The translations under genes were made by a program, and so were the position numbers. A stretch of DNA of 64,000 bases from Candidatus Tepidifontimicrobium thermophilum (lineage in GTDB: Bacteria > Sysuimicrobiota > Sysuimicrobiia > Sysuimicrobiales > Sysuimicrobiaceae): assembly GCA_031459915.1 (NCBI GenBank), contig JAVKHO010000003.1, positions 96,001 to 160,000 on the forward strand, in the 5' to 3' direction. The notes under the pieces are model-generated. The model was not told where the DNA came from, did not search any database, and was given only the letters and a program-made list of their open reading frames with translations. This document shows, piece by piece, positions 30,255-40,358 of this stretch. Each line of letters opens with the position of its first letter. The first letter of the stretch is position 1.

Positions 30255-30258
<4 letters not shown>
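29674..30258 (+). CDS. ribE: riboflavin synthase (alpha chain)
   Basis: MFTGIVEE, GVCLT, GGHLVQGHVD, VNLEVDVLAKYV. Confidence 0.96.
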
Positions 30259-31470
<1,212 letters not shown>

Positions 31471-31490
<20 letters not shown>

Positions 31491-31953
31491 GGGATCCCTG
31501 GACGGCCGTGGACTGCGGGTGGGCGTGGTGGCCAGCCGGTTCAACGAAGCCACCACGCGGTTGCTCGTGGAGGGAGCCCTGGACGGGCTCCGCCGGTGCG
31601 GGGTCGAGGAGGTGGACGTGGCTTGGGTCCCCGGGGCGTTCGAGATCCCTCTGGTGGCCGCCCGGCTAGCACGCTGCGGCCGCTACGACGCGGTGGTGTG
31701 CGTGGGCGCGGTGGTGCGCGGGCAGACTCCCCACTTCGAGTACGTAGCCGGCCACAGCGCGGCCGGCATCGCCCGGGCGGCGCTGGATAGCGGCGTTCCC
31801 GTGCTGTACGGGGTGGTGACCGCGGACGACCCGCAGCAGGCAGCCGAGCGGGCGGGCGGGAAGGCCGGGAACCGGGGCCGCGACGCAGCCCTGGCCGCGG
31901 TGGAGATGGCCACCCTCCTGCGCCAGCTCCGCGCCGAGGTGGAGGCGGGCTAG
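31471..31953 (+). CDS. ribH: 6,7-dimethyl-8-ribityllumazine synthase
   Basis: VVASRFN, WVPGAFEIP, GAVVRGQTPHFEYV, ERAGGKAGNRG. Confidence 0.97.
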
Positions 31954-32519
31954 CGGGAGGTCTCGCCGAGGATCTCCCGAGCCACCTCCCGCATGGGGCG
32001 GCGGGTGCGGCGCGCCTCCAGCTGGATGCGTCGGAAGGCTTCCTCTTCCGACAATCCCTCCCGCTGCATCAACAGCCCCTTGGCGCGCTCTACCAGCTTG
32101 CGGGTCTGCAGCTGCTCTTCTAGCTCCCCGATACGCTCGTCCTTGCGCCGCAGGTCCGCAAACCGCGCCAGCGCCACCTCGATGGCGGGCACGAGGTCCT
32201 CCTCCTTGATGGGCTTGACGAGGTAGGCGAGGACCCCGGCCTGCTGGGCCTGCTTGACCAGCTCCCGCTCGCTGTAGGCGGTCAGCAGCACCACCGGGGT
32301 GGGCCGCACCTCCTGGATCCGGGCTGCAGCCGCCAGCCCGTCCATTTCCGGCATCTTCACGTCCAGGAACACCAGGTCCGGCCGCAGGCGTTGCACCAGT
32401 TCCACCGCGCGCTTGCCGTCCGAGGCCTCGCCCACCACCCGGTAGCCGCGGTCCTCCAGCATGGCGCGCAGCCCCATGCGGATCAGGGCCTCGTCGTCCG
32501 CGATGACGATGCGCCTCAC
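31950..32519 (-). CDS. ANTAR-domain response regulator, copy 2 (cognate of the adjacent kinase)
   Basis: IADDE, LDVKMP, LTAYS, YLVKP; RKLVERAKGLLM...SEEEAFRRIQ...PMREVA; GTG start overlaps the kinase stop. Confidence 0.93.
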   Translation of the reverse strand: MRRIVIADDEALIRMGLRAMLEDRGYRVVGEASDGKRAVELVQRLRPDLVFLDVKMPEMDGLAAAARIQEVRPTPVVLLTAYSERELVKQAQQAGVLAYLVKPIKEEDLVPAIEVALARFADLRRKDERIGELEEQLQTRKLVERAKGLLMQREGLSEEEAFRRIQLEARRTRRPMREVAREILGETSR

Positions 32520-34159
32520 GCCCGAAGGACCTCCTTGGGGATGCGCACCGCGAAGCGGGCCCCCACGCCCCGCTGGGCCACCAGCTGTCCCCGCAGGTCT
32601 TCCTGCACCAGGGTACGGGCGATGCGCAGCCCCAGGTCGGAGGAGCGGGCGGGGTCGAACCCCTCGGGCAGACCCGCCCCGTCGTCCTCCACCTCCAGCA
32701 CCACGTGGGTGGGAGAGTCCAGCAGCCGCACCCACAGGTGGCCGCGGGTGCGGTCCCGAAACGCGTGCTCCAAGGCGTTCTGCACAAGCTCGGTGGCCAC
32801 CAGGGCGGCAGAAGTGGCCGGCTGGGAGGGGAAGTAGACGTCATCCCCCTGCACGGAGACCTCCAGCTGCAGGTCCGGCCGCCGCATGTTGGCGACCACC
32901 GCGTGGGTGAGGCGGTCCAGCACCTCCCGTAGGTTGACGGTCCGGAACCCCTCCAGGGAAAGGATCTCGTGCACCGCGGCGATCCCCAGTACCCGGTTGA
33001 TGGTCTCCGTGAGCACCTCGCGGCCGGAGGGCTCCCGGCCGTCCGCCAGCTGCAGGCGCAGGAGCATGGCGATGGTCTGCAGGTTGTTCTTGACCCGGTG
33101 GTGCATCTCCCGCACCACCGCGGACCTCATCACCAGGTTGGCGTTCTCGATGGCCAGGGCCGTCTGAGTGGCGAGGGTGGTGAGGAGGTTGACGTCGGCG
33201 GCGGAGAAGGCCGCGGGTCGTGCACGGTAGCAGTTCAGTACCCCGATCACCCGGTCCCGCACCCGCAGGGGCACGGACACCATCGACCGGAGGCCCTGCC
33301 GGCGCGCGAACTCGGGGTCGGAGAAGCGCGGCTCGGCCAGCAGGTCCACCACCACCTCCATCTCCCCGGTCGCGGCCACGCGGCCTGCGATCCCGGACCC
33401 CAGGGGGATGGGTGCCCGTTCCGTGTACGCCTCGCCTGCAGGGTGGGCCGCCGCAGGCCGCAGGACCCCCGCGGAGTCGTCCACCAGCAGCAGGGAGCAC
33501 AGCCGGGCCTCCAGCATGCGCGCGGCCATCTCCACGATCACCTGCAGCACCTGCTCCAGGTACAGGGGTGAGGTGAGGGTCTGGCTGAGTTCCGCCAGGG
33601 TGGACAGCTCCCGGATCTGGCGGCGCATGTGGTCGTGCAGGGTAGCCTTCTCGATCGCCCCGCCCGCCAGGTCCGCGATCATGCTCAGCAGCTCCACCTC
33701 GTCGTCGGTGAACTCGTGGGTGTTGCGGGTCTGCACGTTCATAGCCCCGAGGACCCGCCCGCCCACCACCAGGGGCACCGCCAGCAGGGACCGGAACCGG
33801 AGCTCCTCCGTCTCCGGCAGCAGCACGAAGCGGGGGTCGCTGGGGGCGTTGCTGCTCCACGCGGGCTGCTCGTGCAGGGCAGCCCAGCCCGTGAGGCCTT
33901 CGCCCAACCGCAGGCGGGCCCGGCCCACCGCTTCCGGGGCCAGCCCGGTGGTCGCCCGCAGGACCAGGTAGTCGCCCTGCGGGTCGAGCAGGTACAGGGA
34001 GCAGGAATCCATGCCCATGACCTCCGCGGTCTTGCGGGTGATGGTGGTCAGGGTGGTGTCCAGGTCGTGGGCCTGGCTGATGGTACGGCTAATCTCCCGC
34101 AGAGCGGAGATCTCCGCCGACTTGCGCTGGAGCAGGTGCTCGAGCTGCGCCCGGGTCAT
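32516..34159 (-). CDS. cytoplasmic sensor histidine kinase, 2x GAF + HisKA_2 + HATPase (PdtaS/EutW-like core)
   Basis: EMHHRVKNNLQ H-box, ELVQNALEHAF, VEDDGAG, LGLRI; two GAF domains; no TM segment. Confidence 0.92.
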   Translation of the reverse strand: MTRAQLEHLLQRKSAEISALREISRTISQAHDLDTTLTTITRKTAEVMGMDSCSLYLLDPQGDYLVLRATTGLAPEAVGRARLRLGEGLTGWAALHEQPAWSSNAPSDPRFVLLPETEELRFRSLLAVPLVVGGRVLGAMNVQTRNTHEFTDDEVELLSMIADLAGGAIEKATLHDHMRRQIRELSTLAELSQTLTSPLYLEQVLQVIVEMAARMLEARLCSLLLVDDSAGVLRPAAAHPAGEAYTERAPIPLGSGIAGRVAATGEMEVVVDLLAEPRFSDPEFARRQGLRSMVSVPLRVRDRVIGVLNCYRARPAAFSAADVNLLTTLATQTALAIENANLVMRSAVVREMHHRVKNNLQTIAMLLRLQLADGREPSGREVLTETINRVLGIAAVHEILSLEGFRTVNLREVLDRLTHAVVANMRRPDLQLEVSVQGDDVYFPSQPATSAALVATELVQNALEHAFRDRTRGHLWVRLLDSPTHVVLEVEDDGAGLPEGFDPARSSDLGLRIARTLVQEDLRGQLVAQRGVGARFAVRIPKEVLRA

Positions 34160-34191
34160 CTCCCACAGGGGATTGTACGTCCGCCGGGGGC

Positions 34192-34674
34192 CTAGACGCG
34201 GCCCCCCAGCCGCTTGCGCAGCGCCTGGGAAAGCGCCGCACGCAGCTCGGACTCGGGGGCGTTCCGCACGGAGCGCAGCTGCCGGAACGCTTCCTCCACC
34301 GCTTCGTCCACCACCGAGTCCAGCTCCGTGGGGGACCCCCAGTACGCCGGGGGGCGCTCCGCCGCCCAGCGGTCCAGGGCCGCGCTTAAGCTGGACACCT
34401 CTGCCGCGAGCTTCCTCAACTGCTCTGCCAAGGCCGTCTCAGGACTGCGGCCGGTCACCAGCCAGGCCACGTCGGCCCCGCAGGCCTGGGCGAAGGCCGC
34501 CAGCTGTTCCACGCTCGGCTGTCGCTGTCCGCTCTCCCAGCTGACCACGGTACCGGGGCGAACCCCTACGCGCGCCGCCAGCTCCTTCAGGGTGAGGTTG
34601 GCCGCTTTCCGGGCGCTCCTCAGCCGGGCGCCCAAAGCACGCCGGGACTCCGGGGATCCCCTCGTAAGTGCCAA
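34192..34674 (-). CDS. XRE-family helix-turn-helix transcriptional regulator
   Basis: LGARLRSARKAANLTLKELAARVGV..GTVVSWESGQRQP...VAWLVTG. Confidence 0.85.
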   Translation of the reverse strand: MALTRGSPESRRALGARLRSARKAANLTLKELAARVGVRPGTVVSWESGQRQPSVEQLAAFAQACGADVAWLVTGRSPETALAEQLRKLAAEVSSLSAALDRWAAERPPAYWGSPTELDSVVDEAVEEAFRQLRSVRNAPESELRAALSQALRKRLGGRV

Positions 34675-34804
34675 GGGCGTGCATCCTGCCGCGTGTCGTC
34701 GTCGGACAGGCCAAGTCTAGCCAAAAGCCGTGCGGAGGGAGGGACTGCGGATACGTACGAATCGTGCTAGAATAACTACGCTCAGGGGCATCCGGTGACA
34801 GACC

Positions 34805-35008
34805 GTGCTGAAGGAAGTTCCGCGGGATCACCTGACGTTCCACCTGCCGGAAGGCTACCGGCTGTTGGAGTCCGAGCACGTGGTAGCCTTGGTGGATCCA
34901 AACGGCCGTACGGTGTTCCTCGGCCCCGCCACCCGGACCACCCCGGAAGTCCTGCTGGCGGCCATCGCCAGGTCAGGGGACGACCCTGGGGGCCGAAGGG
35001 CACCCTGA
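34805..35008 (+). CDS. hypothetical small protein (67 aa)
   Basis: Plausible globular composition; extended -10 TGCTAGAAT upstream; divergent from the XRE gene. Confidence 0.5.
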   Translation: MLKEVPRDHLTFHLPEGYRLLESEHVVALVDPNGRTVFLGPATRTTPEVLLAAIARSGDDPGGRRAP

Positions 35009-35926
35009 GCGGGGGCGGACGTAGATCCAGTCCCCCACGGCGGCGGCTCCGGTCCCGTGGCGCGGGGTGGGCATGGGTGCCAGGGGAGTCCATCGGTCCG
35101 TGTGGGGGTCGTAGGCGTCGTTGTCGGCGAAGACGCCGCCGGTTTCCTCTCCGCCAAACACGTAGATGCGGCCTCGCAGTGTGGCCGCGGCCACACCGCT
35201 GCGGGCTCTCGGCAGGGGCGCCCGCTCCTCCCACCGGTCGCGGGCGGGGTCGTAGACGTGGTGGTTGGCCAGGTTGTTGGCGAAAGTGTTGAGGCGTCCA
35301 CCGATGGCGTGGATACGGCCCTGAAGGACCACCAGCCCCATGTGGTCGCGAGGGTCGGGAAGCGGCGCGCGCAAGCTCCAGCGGTCCGTGGCAGGGTCGT
35401 ACACCTCGTGGGTCCCGACACTCTGCTGGTCACGGCCGCCCACCACGTGCACCGCCCCCGCCAGCTCCACCGCGGAGGCGGCTCCCCGCGGCGCGGGTAG
35501 CGGTGCAACGCGGGTCCACCGGTCCTCCCGGACGTCGTAGGCGAAGCCGTCCGCTACTGGGCTGCGGTTCTGTTCCGTGAAGCCGCCGAACGCGTACAGG
35601 CGGCCTCGGGATCCGGCCACCGCCACGTGATTGAGCCCCCTGGGCAGGGGCGCGAGGTCACGCCACGAGTCGGTGGCAGGGTCGTACGCCTGGTTGTAGG
35701 GCTGATCCACGCGTCCGTGGGCGTAGCCCGCCACCACGTAGACCCTGCCTTCCACGACGGCCACGCTTACCTCCGTGCGGGGGAAGGGGAGAGGAGCCCT
35801 CCGCACCTACCGCCCCGCGGCTTCCGCAGGAGAGGCTGCAGTCGGCCCGGCGGGCAGCAGAACTGCGGACAGAGCAGCCCCCGCCGCCTGGATGAGAAAC
35901 TCTCGACGGGTAACCGGGCCTGCCAC
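34973..35926 (-). pseudogene. Tat-exported Kelch-repeat beta-propeller protein, interrupted
   Basis: GTG at 35926 gives MAGPVTRREFL (Tat motif); in-frame TAG at 35807-35809 where a Kelch Trp is expected; Kelch repeats (GG..Y..W..APLP); the last blade is cut short. Confidence 0.75.
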
Positions 35927-36187
35927 TTCTCCTGCCTGCGTCCAGCCGGTAAACAGCAGGAACATTCTCCGTTCGGTTCCGGGGTTCCTGGGACCGGGTT
36001 CGGGCAGGGACGCGGCCTTGACCGCACCCGGGTCCAGGCCTATGTTGGCTTAATAGTTGCTCCAGGTGGCTGGAGCAACAGCTGGACCCTCCGGCGCGTC
36101 TGCGGAGGGTGCTGTCACGCGGGCCACGGCTGGGCCTGCGGCTACCGCAAGCCAGCAGAGCGGTCCGCGGAACAGGAGGTGTGGTGT

Positions 36188-38338
36188 TTGCGTTTCCATC
36201 GGGAAAGCCTGACGAGGGCGACGATGGTGGTGGCCTCCGCGGCGGGCGCGGGGTACCTGGTGTGGCGGGTCGGGTGGACGCTGAACCCGGACGCGCGGGC
36301 GTTCTCGGTGCTGCTGTGGGCGGCGGAGGCGTTCGGGTGGCTGAGCGCGGTGCTGTTCTTCTTCACAGTCTGGAAGGTGGAGCACCCGGAACCTCCTCCG
36401 GCGCCCAGGGGGCTCCGGGTGGACGTCCTGGTGCCGACGAAGGGCGAGCCACTGTGGGTGCTGCGTCGGACGCTCCTGGCGGCGCAGCGCATCCGCTACC
36501 CACACCGGACCCTCGTGCTGGACGACGGGGACCGGCCCGAGGTCCGGGAGCTGGCCGCCGCCCTGGGGTGTGCATACCACGCCCGGCCGACGCACGAGCA
36601 CGCGAAGGCCGGGAACCTGAACTTCGGGCTCCGCCACAGCGACGCGGAGTTCGTGGCGGTGCTGGACGCGGATCACGTACCCATGCCGGAGTTCCTGGAC
36701 CGCCTGCTCGGCTACTTCCGAGACCCGCGGGTGGCGTTCGTGCAGACGCCTCAGGACTTCTACAACGTCGAGAGCTACCAGCACTGGGTCCAGCCGGACA
36801 CAGGCCGCGCCTGGCACGAGCAGGCGCTGTTCTTCCGGGTGATCCAGCCGGGCAAGAACCACTGGAACGCGGCCTTCTACTGCGGGTCGCCCGCGGTGTT
36901 GCGGCGGGCAGCCCTGGACGACGTGGGCGGGTTCGCCACGGAGACCGTCACGGAGGATCTCCACACGTCCATCCGCATGCACGGCCGCGGCTGGAAGTCC
37001 GTCTACCACTCGGAGGCCGTGGCGTACGGCCTGGCCCCGTCCACGGTGGCGCCGTACCGGACCCAGCGTCTGCGGTGGGGCCGCGGGGCCATGCAGGTGC
37101 TGCGGCTGGATAACCCCCTGTGGCGGCCGGGGCTCTCCCTCGCTCAGCGCCTAACGTACCTGGCTTCCATGATCACCTGGTTCGAGGGGTGGCAGAAGGC
37201 GGTCCTGTACCTGGCGCCTCCGGTATTCTTCGCCACCGGGCAGCTGCCGGTGCGGGCCGTGGACTGGGCCTTCCTCGTGGCGTTCGTCGCCTACCACACG
37301 CTCAGCAACCTGGCCTTCAAGCTGGCCAGCCGCGGTTACGGGATGGTGTTGCTGACCGAGCACTACAACATGGCCCGGTTCGCTACCTACATGCGGGCGA
37401 CCCTCAACCTGTTCACGGGCCGGGCTGCCTTCCACGTCACACCCAAGGGATCGGACAGGGGAGGTCCTCCCCTTGCCACGGTCCTGCCGCAGCTGGGCGT
37501 GCTCGTAGCGAACCTGCTGGCCTGTGCGGGGAGCGTGGCCCGAGGGCCCGCGGCGGGGGACCTGGTGACCGCCTACGTGGTCAACGCGGCCTGGGCCGCC
37601 TGGCACAGCTACCTTGCGGCCTGGGCCGTCGCGGTCGCGTACCGCAAGCGAGACCGCAGGGCGCTACAGCGCCTGCGGGCGTACCTGCCGGTTCGCGTGC
37701 GGTGGGACGGCGACCGGGAAGTCGTGGGGCTGTTGCGGGACGTGCACGAGGAGGGCGCGGGCGTGGAGCTCTCCGGTCACGAGCCCGTCCCTTCGTCGGG
37801 GGCCCTCGTCCGCCTGTCCTTGCCGTCCGGCTGGCCCCACGCGGAGCTGGTCCTGGAAGGCCGTGCGGTGGCCATGCGGCCGCGGGGCCGGAAGGTGGAG
37901 GTCGGGGTACGCCTGGTCACGCCTTCGCCGGAGGCCTCGGACACCCTCTTGAGCCTGGTGCTGTTCGGCGCGCAGCGCAGGCTCCTGGAACGAGCCGCCG
38001 GTCCGCTGGACCCCCTGGGTAGCCCACAGAACCGGCGGCGGACCTGGCGCCAGGTCGCCCCGACGCCCGTGCGGGTGGTGTGGCAGGACGCGGCGGTGTG
38101 GGGCCTGGTGGAAGACGTCTCCGCGGCCGGAGCGCGGCTGCTGGTCCCCGCGAGACCCGCGGAGGGTACGGAAGTGGTGGTGCTGGAAAGGGGCGAGGGA
38201 ACAGTCCTGTCGGGAGTCGTGGTCTGGAACAGGGCGGTGCCCTTCGGGGACGGCGAGGTGTTCTGGGTGGGTCTCCGCGGGGGGAGGGCGGTAGCTGCGG
38301 AGCCGGGTCACGAGGAGCCCGCAGGAACCCGCGCCTAA
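36188..38338 (+). CDS. cellulose synthase catalytic subunit-like GT2 glycosyltransferase with two PilZ domains
   Basis: DDGDR, HAKAGNLN, DADH, QTPQDFYN, FYCGS, TED, QRLRW; PilZ RxxxR and DxSxxG-like motifs twice; RBS AGGAGG plus TTG at 36188. Confidence 0.9.
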   Translation: MRFHRESLTRATMVVASAAGAGYLVWRVGWTLNPDARAFSVLLWAAEAFGWLSAVLFFFTVWKVEHPEPPPAPRGLRVDVLVPTKGEPLWVLRRTLLAAQRIRYPHRTLVLDDGDRPEVRELAAALGCAYHARPTHEHAKAGNLNFGLRHSDAEFVAVLDADHVPMPEFLDRLLGYFRDPRVAFVQTPQDFYNVESYQHWVQPDTGRAWHEQALFFRVIQPGKNHWNAAFYCGSPAVLRRAALDDVGGFATETVTEDLHTSIRMHGRGWKSVYHSEAVAYGLAPSTVAPYRTQRLRWGRGAMQVLRLDNPLWRPGLSLAQRLTYLASMITWFEGWQKAVLYLAPPVFFATGQLPVRAVDWAFLVAFVAYHTLSNLAFKLASRGYGMVLLTEHYNMARFATYMRATLNLFTGRAAFHVTPKGSDRGGPPLATVLPQLGVLVANLLACAGSVARGPAAGDLVTAYVVNAAWAAWHSYLAAWAVAVAYRKRDRRALQRLRAYLPVRVRWDGDREVVGLLRDVHEEGAGVELSGHEPVPSSGALVRLSLPSGWPHAELVLEGRAVAMRPRGRKVEVGVRLVTPSPEASDTLLSLVLFGAQRRLLERAAGPLDPLGSPQNRRRTWRQVAPTPVRVVWQDAAVWGLVEDVSAAGARLLVPARPAEGTEVVVLERGEGTVLSGVVVWNRAVPFGDGEVFWVGLRGGRAVAAEPGHEEPAGTRA

Positions 38339-38362
38339 CACCGCCCTTCCGGAAGTGCGGGG

Positions 38363-38920
38363 TTGGCAGACGTCCTGTTGATCTCCGGCCGCCCGGGGGT
38401 GGGCAAGACCACCCTCTTGAAGCGGCTGGCGCACCTTTTTCCCGGCCGCGCGGGCGGGTTTTACACGGAGGAGCTGCGGGAGGGCGGCCACCGGGCAGGG
38501 TTCGTGCTGGTCACGCTTAGCGGGCAGCGTGCGGTGTTCGCTCACGTGGATCTCCCGGCAAAGTGCCGGGTGGGCCGCTACGGCGTCCTCTTGGAGGTCC
38601 TGGAGGAGGTGGGGATCCCTGCGATGCGGGAGAGCGCGGTGCCGGGGCGGGCGGTCCTCGTGGACGAGGTGGGGAAGATGGAGCTGCTCAGCGCGACCTT
38701 TCGCGAGACCCTGGAGGAGGTGGCTTCAGGTCCCGCGCCTCTCGTGGCCACCATCCTGGCGGGCCCACACCCGTGGGCCGACAGGTTCCGCCGCCAGCCC
38801 CGGGTGACGGAGCTGGTGCTGACCCCAGCGAACCGGGACGAGGTCCTGGAGCAGGCACGCGCGTGGCTTGCGCGCCGCCTGCCTGACTGGCCTGGCGCGT
38901 TCGACAGGCTGGCCCGCTGA
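38363..38920 (+). CDS. THEP1-family nucleoside triphosphatase
   Basis: GRPGVGKTT, GFYTEELR, VGRYGV, VDEVGKME, NRD. Confidence 0.88.
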   Translation: MADVLLISGRPGVGKTTLLKRLAHLFPGRAGGFYTEELREGGHRAGFVLVTLSGQRAVFAHVDLPAKCRVGRYGVLLEVLEEVGIPAMRESAVPGRAVLVDEVGKMELLSATFRETLEEVASGPAPLVATILAGPHPWADRFRRQPRVTELVLTPANRDEVLEQARAWLARRLPDWPGAFDRLAR

Positions 38921-38949
38921 CTCCCGCGCGGGTTGAAAGCCCGGTCGGC

Positions 38950-39000
38950 TTGACGACGGCGAGGCCCCCTGGGTACAGTTCAGTTGAAAATGAGTTTCGA
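38950..39000 (+). promoter_or_regulatory. zur promoter with candidate Zur box over the start codon
   Basis: TTGACG-N18-TACAGT, then AT-rich near-palindrome TTGAAAATGAGTTTCGA (38984-39000). Confidence 0.6.
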
Positions 39001-39412
39001 TACATCCCCTGTGTTGCAGGCCTGGAGGAGCCGGGGCCGTCGTGTGACCGCGGCGCGTCGCGCGGTACTGGAGGGCCTTTGCCGGGCCGGCTGCGCCGCG
39101 GACGTACGCACCGTGTACCGACTGGCCAAGCGGGTGCACCCCAGGCTCGGGCTGGTGACGGTCTACCGGACGCTGGACCTGCTGGCCCGGGAGGGCTGGG
39201 TGCAGCGCTGGGAGGAGGGCGGCGTGGTCCGTTACGAGCTGGACCAGCCGCACCACCACCACCTGGTGTGCCTGGGATGTGGGCAAGTGCGGCGGTGGGA
39301 TCGGTGCCCGGTGCCCGTGGAAGCCGGTGCCACGGTGGGTGGGTTCCTGGTGACCGGGCACCGGCTGGAGCTGCTGGGGTACTGCCCGACGTGCAGGGAG
39401 GTGATGCGGTGA
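38990..39412 (+). CDS. zur: Fur-family repressor, probably Zur
   Basis: TVYRTLDLL, HHHHLVCLGCG, C-terminal CPTC; heads the znu operon. Confidence 0.85.
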   Translation: MSFDTSPVLQAWRSRGRRVTAARRAVLEGLCRAGCAADVRTVYRLAKRVHPRLGLVTVYRTLDLLAREGWVQRWEEGGVVRYELDQPHHHHLVCLGCGQVRRWDRCPVPVEAGATVGGFLVTGHRLELLGYCPTCREVMR

Positions 39413-40347
39413 TGCGGTGGGCCTTCGGGGTGGTCGCCCTCCTTGTGGCCGCCTGCGCGCCGCGGGCACCGGCTCCTTCGAAGCTCAGGGTGGTGGCCAG
39501 CTTCTACCCGCTCGCGGAGCTGGTACGGGAGGTGGGCGGGTCCCGGGTGGAGGTCAGGCAGCTGGTCCCCCCCGGCGCGGAGCCCCACGACTACGAGCCC
39601 ACACCGGGCGATGTGGCGAGGCTGCGGGAGGCGAGGGTGTTCGTTTACAACGGAGCCGGCTTCGAACCGTGGGTCGAGAAGCTGGCGGCGGAGCTGCCGC
39701 CCGACGCCGTGCGGGTGGAGGTCACCCGCGGCCTGCCCTTGGTGGAAGCACAGGGCGGAGAACCTGACCACGAGCACGGCGAAAGGAGAACCGGGCAGGA
39801 TCCCAAGGAGGATGCCAGGCGGCTCGACCCCCACGTGTGGCTAGATCCCGTGCTGGCCCAGGACATGGTGGACCACGTGGCCGACGGCCTGGCGCGGGCG
39901 GACGCGGAAGGAGGCCCGGAGTACCGGGAGCGGGCTGCGGCGCTGAAGCGGCGCCTGGAGGACCTGCACCACCGCTACGAGCGGGCCCTGGCCCGTTGCC
40001 GGACGAAGGTGGTGTTGACGTCCCACGCCGCCTTCGGTTACCTGGCCCGACGGTACGGGCTACGACTGGTCTCCGTGGCCGGCGTGAGTCCTGAGGCGGA
40101 GCCGTCCCCACGGCGCGTCCGCGAACTTGTGGCCCTCGCTCGCCGGGAAGGCGTGCGGGCGGTGTTCGCAGAATCCGCCGCAGGCGACCGAGCCGTGCGA
40201 GCCTTGGCGGGCGAGCTGGGGGTGCCCGTCCTCCGCCTGGATCCGTTGGAGCGGGGGCCGGAGGAAGCCGGGCGGCGCGGGACCTCGTACCTGTCAGTGA
40301 TGGAGAGAAATTTCGAAAATCTGGTCCAGGGCCTGGGCTGCCGGTAA
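39412..40347 (+). CDS. znuA: zinc ABC transporter substrate-binding lipoprotein
   Basis: Lipobox LVAAC; EPHDYEP, His-containing loop, DPHVWLDP, HAAFGYLA. Confidence 0.92.
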   Translation: MRWAFGVVALLVAACAPRAPAPSKLRVVASFYPLAELVREVGGSRVEVRQLVPPGAEPHDYEPTPGDVARLREARVFVYNGAGFEPWVEKLAAELPPDAVRVEVTRGLPLVEAQGGEPDHEHGERRTGQDPKEDARRLDPHVWLDPVLAQDMVDHVADGLARADAEGGPEYRERAAALKRRLEDLHHRYERALARCRTKVVLTSHAAFGYLARRYGLRLVSVAGVSPEAEPSPRRVRELVALARREGVRAVFAESAAGDRAVRALAGELGVPVLRLDPLERGPEEAGRRGTSYLSVMERNFENLVQGLGCR

Positions 40348-40358
40348 GGAGGTGTCCT

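Noticed and set aside
35807..35809. Pyrrolysine or programmed amber read-through in the Kelch gene
   Set aside because: No pyl genes in the window; the position corresponds to a conserved Trp one substitution away, and the gene is also damaged at its 3' end.
36053..36187. c-di-GMP-I/II riboswitch ahead of the BcsA-like gene
   Set aside because: I could not find the GGCAAAC / GNRA-receptor or class II consensus; kept only as an unclassified structured leader.
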